Source of the DNA: Craspedostauros australis
Taxonomy: Eukaryota
Assembly (NCBI GenBank): GCA_030167865.1
Contig: JALAGF010006287.1
Coordinates: forward strand, 124,001 to 164,555
DNA: 40,555 nucleotides
Reading direction: 5' to 3'
Shown here piece by piece: positions 7,712 to 19,039 of this stretch (the first letter of the stretch is position 1; each line of letters starts with the position of its first letter). Both the position numbers and the translations under genes were made by a program. The notes under the pieces were generated by a model. That model searched no databases. It worked only from the letters and a program-made list of their open reading frames with translations, and had not been told where the DNA came from.

Positions 7712-10255
7712 CTTGTAGGAGCTAGTGGGCAGTGTCAAGACTGGAAGGAAGGATGTCGCAATCATGGCGCGTGGCAGTTATAGAATGCGATGGTATGGAT
7801 GCAGTTGGTGGCGATGACGGTGGCGAGGGCGAGGGCGTCGGCGAGAGTGCTGTAATTGATGCAAGAAGGGATAGTAGAAGTGAAGACGGAAGCGATGGAT
7901 CTTTGCGTCGTTGGAGGTTTCTGGTTGTTGAATTTTGTGAGCTCAATATTGATAGTGGCGGATGTAGTGGTGTGGTTGCCACTGATGACGACGGCGGCGG
8001 TTGTGGCGGCTGTGGCGGCTGTGGCGACGATGATAATGATGATGACGAGGGCAGTGATGATGTGTAGGTCGCATGTCGTTGATGCTCCTCCTCCTCCTGG
8101 TGATGAAGTTACTTTCCGTGCCGTCTCTCTAGTTCAACTCCCCCGAACAGATCGAAAGCAATACCAGCCTTCAAGGGTTTAAACCCTCTTGGAGTAACCA
8201 ATCTCTGAGCGGTATCCTGTTTCTGTCCCTCTCTGGATGTTGCAACCAGAAGCTTGGAGATGGAGACGAAACCAAATTAGCTGGTGAAAATTGTTGGACA
8301 TCTCGCGTTCAAGTTTCAATCCATGCTGTCGCTACATTGCTGTGTATGTTCGTCGCCGCTATTGGTGGTACGAGCACGAGGATGCGTACGACCACGCGTG
8401 CACACGCGAGCAGCTCGAAGATGGCGTTCTCCTCTCCGCTGGTTCCCGAGCGATTTTCGCCAATGTGTCTGTGACCCAGAGGGGAGTAATTTGGCACAAT
8501 GTCAGTCCATCGCTCGTCCTTCGTCGCCCTGTGGAGCACTGCGCAATTCGTGTAGGGAAGAAAAGTACGTGGCCAACCACACCCTGTCTCTTCGTTTCCG
8601 CACGGAGGTGGCGTACTCTCCTTACTAATACATACGTCGTACCATACTCCGTTGCACAACTCTGCTCTGTTCTGTTGGCCCGTGCTCTGGTGCTATTGTC
8701 CATGACGAGAACGTGTGTGTAGCCTGCTCTGGCTGATGATAGGTCGTAATTGTACGTGCTTCACCAGCGAAACGTTTTCAGTTCGTCAACGAAGTTGGGC
8801 CCCAGTGGTTCCGAGAGAACAACTGTGAATCGACTCGATGGACTCAAATGATCTTCATCGTGATGTATGGCGAAAAAACTCGACACCCGGGACACAGCCG
8901 AGGTAGCAATGCACACGCAATCACAGTTGTCGTTCCTGAGAAGGACGACCTCCTGTTTCAGGCTGGTCACAATCATCTTTGGAAAGCTGGTGGAATTGTA
9001 TAGTACCTTCAGTGCCAGTGCTCTCTTGGAGAGGAGCGTGTTCGCACCAAAGCTGGTGTAGTACTAATACTCTGTTGGAGTACATCGGCATCAACACCGG
9101 TGACGCCGAGGATCGTAGTTTATTGCTGCGAATATGTCTATTTGTTCTCCATTCTCATGCCCACGCCGTGCGTTATGAGCGCGGATCAAAAGCTGACGTC
9201 AACAACATCGACATCGGAGATGGCCGCAGTTCTTGTGCCACGGGGTGTGTGAGTCTGGACCAGCGCTGTATCGGAGTTCGTCGCTGGGCAGTCACACATC
9301 CACACCAGCTTTCTACCTGCGAGTAGCTCGTAGCTGCGCGCAGGGATACGGAGACAAGTAATCTCTTGCCAACAGCCTACGAGTAGCCGCGATGGCGAGG
9401 CGATGGCGACTGCAACTATTGAAGCCGCCAAAGTCATGAACTGCCAGAGCGCTCATGCCACGAGTGCTCGCATGCACAGCCAATACGCTGAATCCCTCCA
9501 CCATTCTCGGCTCTGCACGATCTTGACTCAATTGTGTGTTTGCTTGTTTGTGCGCCTGTGTCGAATTCTCCTTTCGTGTTGACGCTTGGCGAAGCGTATC
9601 CCTTTCAGATGACCTCCCTCACAGCGACAAGTTGAGACTTCTCCCCCCATCTCCAAGCTTGGTGCACCTGGCGATTCCCTCCACTTTGGCTCGTAGTTTC
9701 CTCCACTCTATTATATAATAGGTCGTACTGCTGGCATATTGGTACAGGTGTCATGACTCTGCACATCTTTGCGACTTGCTCCGCCACCACGATTATGGTG
9801 CCCAGATGCAGTTGCACAGCCGCAATGGTTTCATGGCTTGACGTTTCCTTGGCTTTTTGCGTTGCATAGTAGTCGTATGTATCGCTCGAGTAGGCTGGTA
9901 GAACTAGCCTATACAGTCTGTCCTCGACCCGTCCCAAACCCATCACCAGTAGCCGCCAATCGAAAATTCTGCGAATCCCATTCTCGCGTTGTTGTTGTTT
10001 TCGATCTTCCATCTTTCTCTCCTGTTTGATTGTTCCGTCCCAACCAACAGACATCACCACCACGGAAGAAAGTGCGGAATAGCAGGGTGACATGATACAT
10101 AGAGAAGAGCGCAGAGCTGACACATCACATGAGCACTGTGCTCGCATGGTACGATAATCGCAGGATTGCAAAAGAGGGCACCCGTCTGCTAGCCAGCCAA
10201 CCAGCAAGTCCATCAATCAAGTATTCAATCAAGCAAGTCTGCACAGGTCCCGACA

Positions 10256-12526
10256 ATGTCTCTGCTGCTGGAAACGACGCTGGGCGATCTTGTGATCGAC
10301 TTGGATGTCGAGGGGTCGCCGGAGCTGTGCCGAAACATCCTGAAGCTGGCCAAGGCACGGTATTACACGTCCACGCTGCTGTACAGCATCGTGGATCCCA
10401 CGAGATTCTGCCAGCTCGGCGATCCGTGCGGTGACGGAACGGGCGGTGCTTGCATCCACGGATTGCTGGACACGTACCTGTCCGATGATGGCGGTGCCAA
10501 GGACGTCAAGCGCAGCAAGAGCCGCTTCATGAAGAGCGATCTGGGTCGGCCGTTGACGGAGCTGGAATGCCAGCAGCGTGGACGCGTCGTGGCCACCGAA
10601 ATGAATGGCATTCCAAACACGATCGGCTCCCAGTTCTTGATCACGCTGGGGGAAGGACCCGGCATGGCTTTGGATGGGTATGCCAGCAGGCAGGGCGGTA
10701 ATGCGGACGACGATGACGCCATGGGCAGCACCAACGATGCAGTGTTCCGGTCGCTGGGCGTCGTTGCCGAAGATGATGATAATGTCTTGGAGCAGATTGC
10801 GAAGCTGTACTGCGATGGAAGCGGCAGACCCTACGCTGATGTCCGCATCATCCGTGCCCTCGTCGTCCACGATCCATTCGATGATCCACCCGGCATGGAT
10901 AAGCTCCTGATCGCCCGTCAGGTTGCCGTGGAGAAGGTTCCGCCGACGACTGATGGCGTCGACAGCGATAATGACGATGACGAGGATTTCATTTCTCGTG
11001 TCACGGCGTCCCCCATCTACGACCGCCCGGAGGAGGAGTGCGTGGAGGAACGCATCGCTGCTGATCAGCTGGATGCATTGGACGATGATGACGACGATGA
11101 GGCTGATGTACAGAAACAGCGGCAGATTCAGGAGGAGGATGCGGAACGCGAGGACAAGAGCCGCGCGGTCGTTTTGGAGATGCTTGGCGACCTGCCGTCC
11201 GCAGAAATCGAAGCACCCGACAACGTGCTCTTCATTTGCAAGCTCAACGCGATCACTGAGGATGAAGATTTGGAGCTCATCTTTTCACGATTCGACAACG
11301 ACGTCAAGGTGGAGATCATACGCGATCCAGAATCCGGCGCTTCGCTCCAGTACGCGTTTGCCGAATTCAACTCGCCCAAGCAGGCCGAGCAGGCGTACTT
11401 CAAGATGAACAACGCCCTCATCGACGACCGTCGCATCAAGGTGGATTTCAGCCAGAGCGTTGCCAAGGTATGGAACCGGTACAACCAAAAGCAGGCAATG
11501 CCCAAGAAGCTTCCCGATGCGGACAACCGATCCAAGCTCCTGCATCCCAAAGGCGACTTGAAGCCGCAGGGTCGCCGTCCGAGCCGCTTCGGGCCACCTG
11601 CGGATGATCACCATCAGAATCATCGCAACGATTATCGTCACAAGAATCACCAGCAGCACAAGAACCAAAATCAGTACCAACGCCAACACCAGCAAGGCCG
11701 AAATGGCAACTCTCACGATCGTTCAAGGTTCAATTCCAACGGGGGCCGTGGTGGGCAAGGCCACGATCGACAAGGTGGAGGCGACAACAGGCGCAGCTAT
11801 GATGATCGCAGACGCAATCACCATGACCACAATGACAATCGCGACAGGCGCAGCAACAACAACGATCGTCAGCACCAGCACGATGACGACCGATCTTCAC
11901 GTCATCACCATGACAATAATCACGGCCGCAACCGCAACGACAGCCGCGATCGCAATAACGAGCGTGCGGATCCACACAACGATCACTCCAGACGTGATGG
12001 CGACCGCAACGACCGTCGCACCAGCAGATGGGATCGGAAAGAACCTCGCGATCGCCGTCCGACCGATGCCGTACGCGAGAGGCAATCGAGATCGCCGCCT
12101 CCCGCTGCCAACTCCCGCAGGGGCGGTGAAGACAGAACCCGCTTCCGCGACAGTCATCGGTCGTCGAACGACGATCGCAGGCGACATCGTGAAGATAAGT
12201 CGTCTTCGCCGGTGCGGCACAGGTCGGCTCGCCATGATTCTGGCGCGGAGCATGCGTCCGACGATGAGCGGCGTCACCGTGGCAAGGAGCACCGTCGATC
12301 GCGGCATGATTCCGACGACGATGGCGGTGGTGGACATTCCGATGATGACAGACGGCGGCATCACAAACGCCGCAGGTCGAGGCATGATTCCGACAATGAG
12401 GACGGCAGCGATGGCGAGAGCGACGGTAGAAGAGAACGAAAACACCGACGCAAGCACAAGCACAAGAAGCATCACAAGTCATGTTCCCGCAAACGGCACA
12501 AGGAGAGCCGCAGATCTGATGACTGA
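10256..12526 (+). CDS. PPIL4: Cyclophilin-RRM protein (PPIL4/CYP59/Rct1 orthologue) with a long R/D/H/S-rich tail, 756 aa
   Basis: N-terminal MSLLLETTLGDLVIDL...QLGDP.GDGTGG...GSQFLITL cyclophilin-like domain; RRM NVLFICKLN...SLQYAFAEF...AYFKMNNALIDDRRIKVDFSQSV; charged low-complexity C-terminus. Confidence 0.95.
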   Translation: MSLLLETTLGDLVIDLDVEGSPELCRNILKLAKARYYTSTLLYSIVDPTRFCQLGDPCGDGTGGACIHGLLDTYLSDDGGAKDVKRSKSRFMKSDLGRPLTELECQQRGRVVATEMNGIPNTIGSQFLITLGEGPGMALDGYASRQGGNADDDDAMGSTNDAVFRSLGVVAEDDDNVLEQIAKLYCDGSGRPYADVRIIRALVVHDPFDDPPGMDKLLIARQVAVEKVPPTTDGVDSDNDDDEDFISRVTASPIYDRPEEECVEERIAADQLDALDDDDDDEADVQKQRQIQEEDAEREDKSRAVVLEMLGDLPSAEIEAPDNVLFICKLNAITEDEDLELIFSRFDNDVKVEIIRDPESGASLQYAFAEFNSPKQAEQAYFKMNNALIDDRRIKVDFSQSVAKVWNRYNQKQAMPKKLPDADNRSKLLHPKGDLKPQGRRPSRFGPPADDHHQNHRNDYRHKNHQQHKNQNQYQRQHQQGRNGNSHDRSRFNSNGGRGGQGHDRQGGGDNRRSYDDRRRNHHDHNDNRDRRSNNNDRQHQHDDDRSSRHHHDNNHGRNRNDSRDRNNERADPHNDHSRRDGDRNDRRTSRWDRKEPRDRRPTDAVRERQSRSPPPAANSRRGGEDRTRFRDSHRSSNDDRRRHREDKSSSPVRHRSARHDSGAEHASDDERRHRGKEHRRSRHDSDDDGGGGHSDDDRRRHHKRRRSRHDSDNEDGSDGESDGRRERKHRRKHKHKKHHKSCSRKRHKESRRSDD

Positions 12527-12585
12527 TGTGCCTGCTTATGGGGGTTAAAGGTACTACACAACTTTACCAGTATGCGCTACACTCT

Positions 12586-12605
12586 AGAGAGAGAGAGAGA
12601 GAGAG
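12586..12605. repeat. (AG)10 microsatellite just downstream of the PPIL4 stop
   Basis: Read directly from the sequence. Confidence 0.9.
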
Positions 12606-12971
12606 CACTACTCACTCCACTCGACTCTACGCTTGCTGCGAATCAAACATTGATGGAAAGCAGCGAAATAAATTCAATCCATAGCACACTCGTACGATCC
12701 ATGACGAATAGAGAGGCAGCTAGAGTGGAACTCAACAAGAGTGTGTATTTGCTGTTTCTATTGTTTTGTAAGTATTGATAGTGGAGCAGCTTTTTCGTGC
12801 CTGTTTGCTTGTCTGCTCGTACGTGTACGTACAAGCACATTTGCACCATCGACAGTTGTTCGTGAGCTTTCGGGCATTGACCGAATGCACGCATGGATTT
12901 ACTTCAACCTGTGTGACACGGCCACTTTCAAGCCATCAAGCAAGCGATCGAACAACCGACCGAGTTCCCGC

Positions 12972-14417
12972 TCATACTATCGTTCGTGGGGATGCTGCTG
13001 GGCTGGAGCGCGGACGCCTAGTGCCGTCAGACGAAGCGTAACCTGATGGCGCAAACGACGGTGATGCTGATGGATATGATGCATGTAGATGTTTGTTGGG
13101 GCTCGAGTAGACGCCATGCGTTTCCATTCGGTTCCCGTAGCAATGGTCCTGGCCAAGCTCTTGCTCCCTGCACGGATACGAATGATCGGAGGCAACGAGG
13201 AGCTCCCATAATCGTTGCCCAGTCGCCATGACTAGTTGTTGCCGTTTCTCCTGCTGCTGCTGCTGCTGTTGTTGTTGGTGGTGATCTGCTGATGACGCAT
13301 TCGCAGCTCCGGCTGCATCCCAACCTAACGCATGCTGCAGCATCTGTTGGAAGTAGGCACGCTTCGTGCGGAGCTTGCTCATGGGCGAATGGGATGCGCT
13401 ACGTCCGTGCTTGCTGGGATGATGCCAACGTAGACGGCGGCCTTGATTGATGTTCGTTAGCTGTAAATGATCAAATGCGTTGACCATCGCACAGTACGCG
13501 AGGATAGATGCGCCGATACCGGCAACGTCGTAGTTCGGCAGAGCGAGCTCCAACTGCGTCTCTGCGACGGTGAGGATTGTTGTGCGGTCGTGGTCGCTGA
13601 ACATGAGGGTCGATCCATGTCTGCTGACAGAGGATGGAGATTGTAACGGCGACGACAACAACGGCGACGACGATGATACTGTCACCGTCACCATGCAGTC
13701 CAGACATGGAAGGAGCCATCTCCAGTACGCGTGCGGCGATATGGGGTGCAACTTCCATTGCAATGCAAACAGTATCTTGCACTCCATCTCCTCAACCTGT
13801 CTGAAGGTGAACTTTCCCTTGCTTACCGCTGCAACCTGCTTGCTCGAAAGCCCGACAGGTTCATGGAGCTTGGCTGCTATGTAAAGGCACGCCATAACTG
13901 CAAGCTGAAAGGTGTGCCGGTCGAGTCCGAACTGTAACGGGTCGGCGCTGAGCGTACGATCCAGGTAGGACATCGCTATCCACACACTCTCCAAGCCAAA
14001 CTCGCATGCCTGAGCGATGCCCATGCACCAATGGCACATCTTCGTCCGGCACACCGCATCCGTGACCTTGTGGCCGGCATCACGCTTGGCGTTGTCGATG
14101 ACAGTGAGGTAGTCGGTTGGTGGCTGGTACAGCTTCTCCTCCTGCATCTGCAGAACAAGAAGCGATTCCACGATCGTTGACGGTAGCAATGAGACCGTTG
14201 ATGTGGTAAAAATGTCGGCTGGGTCGTCACGATGCTGATCAAGATGCAGATGGAGCGGAGCGTTGCTGTCCACGGACAGCGGAGGCGAGTCTCTGTTCTG
14301 CGAATCAGGCGAGGTCGGAACCGACGATGTCGATACTGATGCCGACGACGATAGGCATGATGATGATGTGGCCAATGCCAATGTTTGGTGGGGTATCACC
14401 ACTCGAAGCTCTGGCAT
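12972..14417 (-). CDS. Cyclin, resembling diatom-specific cyclins (dsCYC), 481 aa
   Basis: Cyclin box: RTKMCHWC...AMSYLDR...FQLAVMACLYIAAKLHEP...MECKILFALQWKLHP. Ser-rich N-terminus and poly-Q near the C-terminus. Confidence 0.9.
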   Translation of the reverse strand: MPELRVVIPHQTLALATSSSCLSSSASVSTSSVPTSPDSQNRDSPPLSVDSNAPLHLHLDQHRDDPADIFTTSTVSLLPSTIVESLLVLQMQEEKLYQPPTDYLTVIDNAKRDAGHKVTDAVCRTKMCHWCMGIAQACEFGLESVWIAMSYLDRTLSADPLQFGLDRHTFQLAVMACLYIAAKLHEPVGLSSKQVAAVSKGKFTFRQVEEMECKILFALQWKLHPISPHAYWRWLLPCLDCMVTVTVSSSSPLLSSPLQSPSSVSRHGSTLMFSDHDRTTILTVAETQLELALPNYDVAGIGASILAYCAMVNAFDHLQLTNINQGRRLRWHHPSKHGRSASHSPMSKLRTKRAYFQQMLQHALGWDAAGAANASSADHHQQQQQQQQQEKRQQLVMATGQRLWELLVASDHSYPCREQELGQDHCYGNRMETHGVYSSPNKHLHASYPSASPSFAPSGYASSDGTRRPRSSPAASPRTIV

Positions 14418-16031
14418 GGTGGATGGTTCGTGTTGGATGTTCCGCTTGCTGTGCTGTTGTTATCCTTATTGTTGGCCAGATTGTTTGCGAGGGTGCTCTG
14501 TCTGGTCTCTTTCACAAATTAACAGAGGACGATCAAGTGCGAGTCGAGGATGAGCAGAGTGGAGCCGCTGAACTTGGAGTGGGCACAGGGAATGGCACAA
14601 TGACAAAGATGAACAAGTTGCTGCTGCTGGTGTCGTTGTTGGATGCTTCATCCGGAGATCCCTCCTCGACTCTATTTGTACGGGGTCTATGATGTGCAAG
14701 ATCGCAAAATGTGAGTATTGGTGGAGTAGCTTGCCTGGGGACGTCGCAGATGTTGCTTGCCGATGGAGAACACCCAAGGAGAACAGACGCAATGATCAAG
14801 GGCGAAGACGTTTGCGGTATGTAGGCGTTGTTGCCGATCCGATCCGATCGGATGTAATCTAATCAACTGTTTGTTTTGTTGCGTTGATGGGTCGTCGTTG
14901 CTCCTCCGAATGTTCCTTGGCGTCTTTGTTGGCACAACATCGGACTCGGTGCTCTTTGTTTGTGATCCTCAATCCGGTTGCTTCACAAGCGTGCATCTGC
15001 CGTGATGGGGCTGTGCGTGGATTGCTCACTCACTCACTCACTCACTCTGCTCTCCTTTGGTTGGCATTTGTATGTGGGTACCACGCAAGGAGGATTCGGA
15101 GACTGGCACAGAGACGAAGCAAATCGAATCGTGACCAACCATCAATCATGGACCACGTGCCATGGACCATGGGCTCTTGTTGCTCTCTTGGCTTCTCTGT
15201 GTCTCGCTCTCTATTCTCCCCACCACAGAGAGACTTTGTTGATCGCATCGACAAGGATTGCGGCCCGCCTGACGATAAAACACGATGGCGCCCAAACAGA
15301 CCCAACGACAGCCAAGCCACGAGACTAACAACACCACGCAACGCCGAAATGTCCCCAACAGGGTCTTTTTGGTTGTGTGTGAGCACGAGCACAGCAGAAC
15401 AGCGTGGCAGAAGGCAACGAAGTCACATGGAGCTCTTTTGTCGCCTTCTTTGTTCCTTGTTTTTGGTGGGAGGTCGCAAAAAGATGTGAAGAGTGGGAGC
15501 CAACCACATCTGCCGGTAGTGCGATTTTATTGGTGTTGCACATGCACCCGCATATACGTCTTTATACATTGATTAATACAATTCAAAATTGTTATCGCGC
15601 GTTCATGCAATGCCAATTTTCGGCCGACGGTTGGGTCTTGCCTCTTGAATGTTCGGGACTGAAGTAGTTCGGGTCTGGAACAAAGCCAGGATTCCAAGAA
15701 CGAAATAACGTCTAAATAACGCAATCGTGAATACACCATCCACGATCCGAACTGCGCAGAAGGAGGGACAGAGAGAATCGTGGAACAAAAGCAAGAACAA
15801 CCCCCACAGCAGGCACTGTGGCAGAAACCACCAACACACGATGTCAACGCTCGCCGCCACGATGGTGGTGCCCAAAATGTGCTGTGCCGTACGAGCCACC
15901 ATTCCATACCTACGACCTTCGAGAAGCAGCAGGTCCCCAACGAGCACTCGCACTCGCACTCGCACTCCAGTAGACAGGTGATGCATGGTACTGTACGGGC
16001 ACGAACATTGTGGATCCCATTGCTCTAGTTC

Positions 16032-18173
16032 ATGCGAAGGCGCAACCAACCCATCATTGACAAGAGGAAGGATTCCCCCCGGCACACGTTCGAAGGCTAC
16101 AATTACGATTGCGAGTATAACTCGCGTGCCGGTGCAGGGAGCAATAGCAGCATGACAAAAAGAAGGATGGAGAAGGATGGTGTCATGATTGATGCTGGTG
16201 GTGACTACAACAACGATAACGATAACGACGACAACAACGACGACAAAAGAGGCATGCATGGCCTTTGGTCGCAAAACAAACATGAGGCCAACGATAGTAG
16301 CCAGAACGATGATGTCTGGCAGCATCAAGTCCAGCGCCATCAGCGTCAGCAGCAACAGAAACGCAAGCGATGTTGGATGGTTTGGGCGGGGCTGTTGGTC
16401 GCAATGTTCTTTGTCGCAGCCGTGTGCCGGAATCCAGAATTATTCACAAAGGCTTCAGAATCGTACGAAGGCGACGAGGGTGGTGGTGAAGGAGTTTGGA
16501 AACACGGCGCGGGTCTGGATGGCGCCGTGAGCGTCAAAGAGAATGACGCTGAAGATCAGGAATCAAAACCACCGCACTCCAAACCAACGTCGTCACCGCC
16601 ACCGCCACTACTGCCGCTGGCCGAAGCAGCGCAAGGTTCCGAACCACGGTTCCGAATGAAATCCGGCAATCACGCTCTGGATGAATTCTACCGATTGGCA
16701 TTGGACGAGGTCGGGCAGAATATTGCAGATGATGGCACCTTCATCGCAGGGGCCGGTTGGACTCAGCTTTGGACGCGTGATACTTCCTATGCCATCGAAT
16801 TGTCCGCTGGGTTGATCCATCCTGAAGTCTCGCAGGCTTCTCTCATCAAGTGCACTGAGCACGTGATGCTCCCAAATCCGACCGACGACGAGAATGCATT
16901 TCCAGATGGGCAAGCAAGATCTCGATGGATCGACGACGGTGAAAACAAGACCGTGTGGTACCAAGACGTTTGCGGGCACTTCGAAGGATGGCCGTTCCTG
17001 ACAGATGCCATTGTCGGTGCCCGGGGTGCTTGGTCGTTGTACCTCAGCACTGGCAATACCACCTTCCTGTCATGGGCGTACCAGGTGACAGTCAACAGTC
17101 TGCAACGAGCGGAAGACGCCAAAGTCCTGACCTGGATGCAGAGCGGCGATTCTCATGCTGAAACCGGCAAGAACCAGCAGCGCGTGGGACAGCCCGCCGG
17201 CCAATCGTCCAGCACACCAGCACTGGAGCTCCGCCATCTAGCCAAGGGGTGCTCGTCCTTCATGGAATCGAATTCTGGATACCCTCGCAAGTATCACAGT
17301 AATGGCACGTTAGTGGGAGAGACCAAGGCGTTGAGCACGAACATGCTGTACTACAACGGCTACTACCTCGCCGGCAAGATGGGGCAGCTGCTGCAAATAC
17401 CCGAAGCAACCAACGCAATGCACTTCGAGAAGGCGAAGCTGCTGCGCGACGCAATCCGATCCAAACTCTGGCTGAAGCAACGAGGGTACTATTCGTACCT
17501 GGAGGATGAGAATGATGAAACGTTGACGCAGATGGAGGGGTTGGGCGAGGCGTTGGTGCTGCTGTCGCCTGAATTCGAGACCTCATCACACAGGATTCGA
17601 GCCATTCTTGATCGAACGTACCGCACGGAACGTGGCCTCCCCTGCCTCTGGCCTCGATTCGATAATTGGAATCACAAGTCAAATGATATTGCGCAGTGGT
17701 ATCACAATGGTCGCATCTGGCCGTTCGTACAGGGGTACTGGGCGATTGCCGCGGCTCGTCATCGCAACGAAGGAGTCTTTGCAGAGGAAGTCCTGTCTCT
17801 GCTGCACCTCGCGCAGGGCAATTCGACATTTGCAGAGTTCTACGAACTCGATGGCACCTTCCCCGCCCGCCGGCGGCGCCAGTTGTGGAGCTCGAGTGGG
17901 TTTCTTGGAATGGTCTATCATGGCATCTTCGGTATGACCTTGCAGCCAGAAGGAATCGAATTCGCCCCCATGAAGCCCACGGAATTGGCGTTGGGCGAAA
18001 CGATCACTCTCCTGAACTTTGCCTATCGCTCGTGCACGTTCGACATCGAGGTCCACGGTGAAGGAACGAACGTCGCGTCCTTCTCCATCAATGGTGAGCC
18101 TCAGGAACGCCCATTCTTTCCATCTGACAGCGATTCGGGGCATCATTCGCTGCGGATCATTCTCTCACCATGA
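16032..18173 (+). CDS. Six-hairpin (alpha/alpha)6 glycoside hydrolase-like protein with an N-terminal transmembrane anchor, 713 aa
   Basis: AGAGW..LWTRD.SY, ALSTN.LYY, YHNGRIWPFVQGYWA, EFY, QLWS..GFL.....IFG motifs typical of debranching/MGH1-like glycosidases. TM segment WMVWAGLLVAMFFVAAV after a basic KRKR patch. Confidence 0.85.
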   Translation: MRRRNQPIIDKRKDSPRHTFEGYNYDCEYNSRAGAGSNSSMTKRRMEKDGVMIDAGGDYNNDNDNDDNNDDKRGMHGLWSQNKHEANDSSQNDDVWQHQVQRHQRQQQQKRKRCWMVWAGLLVAMFFVAAVCRNPELFTKASESYEGDEGGGEGVWKHGAGLDGAVSVKENDAEDQESKPPHSKPTSSPPPPLLPLAEAAQGSEPRFRMKSGNHALDEFYRLALDEVGQNIADDGTFIAGAGWTQLWTRDTSYAIELSAGLIHPEVSQASLIKCTEHVMLPNPTDDENAFPDGQARSRWIDDGENKTVWYQDVCGHFEGWPFLTDAIVGARGAWSLYLSTGNTTFLSWAYQVTVNSLQRAEDAKVLTWMQSGDSHAETGKNQQRVGQPAGQSSSTPALELRHLAKGCSSFMESNSGYPRKYHSNGTLVGETKALSTNMLYYNGYYLAGKMGQLLQIPEATNAMHFEKAKLLRDAIRSKLWLKQRGYYSYLEDENDETLTQMEGLGEALVLLSPEFETSSHRIRAILDRTYRTERGLPCLWPRFDNWNHKSNDIAQWYHNGRIWPFVQGYWAIAAARHRNEGVFAEEVLSLLHLAQGNSTFAEFYELDGTFPARRRRQLWSSSGFLGMVYHGIFGMTLQPEGIEFAPMKPTELALGETITLLNFAYRSCTFDIEVHGEGTNVASFSINGEPQERPFFPSDSDSGHHSLRIILSP

Positions 18174-19000
18174 TGGGAGCGAGCATCTCCGTGAGGATGG
18201 GAATGTGGGCTTTAATTCGTGTCTGCGCAGAGTGAATTAGCTCAGTACGAGTATGTCATGTATGTAGATCACCTTTCTCTCAACACGATGCATGCCGACC
18301 TTGAACTTTGACACCAACGCAGTCTGGTTTCCGACGGTATGTTGGCTCCACCTACGAAACCAATTTCATCCCACAGGCCCCTGCGCTGGCCGCCTGAGGG
18401 AAGACATCACGAGTTAGCATGTAGTATATGAATCATCGACTGGTCGGTGGGTTGGTGTAATGCCGACGTTTGCGATGTGGAGATGGTGATAGGTACTCTT
18501 AGCCACAGACGATGTCACACTTGGCTCGTGCTTAGATTACCAGAGTACTCGTATCAACCACTGAAGCTGTGTTTCATTCCTCTGATCTGTTACGCTGCCG
18601 TTGCTTTATGGCAGCCCTTTGCCACCAATGTTATGATCTCTTCCTGTTCTTCCGACTCTTGAAACCAATCACACATCACAGCGATCACCAGTTTTGCGAG
18701 TCTCACAGTTGCCAAATTGTGGCGGCAAAAGTGCCAAGAAATGATCAAAATGTGAACCAACTGCTCATTCGTACCGATTCGTCCATACCGGTGTGCGGAA
18801 ACGTGAGCGCGAAGTAATGTGCCTCCTGGCGACCAATTTTACGCGTCTTGACTGACCACGTTGTTCTTTCGTGGTCGCGGAGGGGCGTTCTCCGCGTTCT
18901 CTCTCTTGTGTGGGAGGGGCCATGGAGCAAGTCGTCTCAATGCTGGCCAGAGGCAGGCTATCAACTCTACGAATTACACCATCAGCGTTGCTGACAGCGT

Positions 19001-19039
19001 CGGTGTTGATTACGGTGTTGATTACGGTGTTGATCACGG
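19001..19039. repeat. 12-bp tandem repeat CGGTGTTGAT(T/C)A, about 3.2 copies
   Basis: cggtgttgatta cggtgttgatta cggtgttgatca cgg. Confidence 0.9.

Noticed and set aside
7722..8110. Pro/Ser-rich open stretch upstream of the DUF6824-like gene
   Set aside because: No in-frame ATG; made of trinucleotide-type low-complexity sequence; probably UTR or promoter.
11604..12548. Long overlapping ORFs (314, 250 and 192 aa) in other frames of PPIL4
   Set aside because: By-products of the low-complexity R/D/H-rich coding tail, which has few stops in alternative frames.
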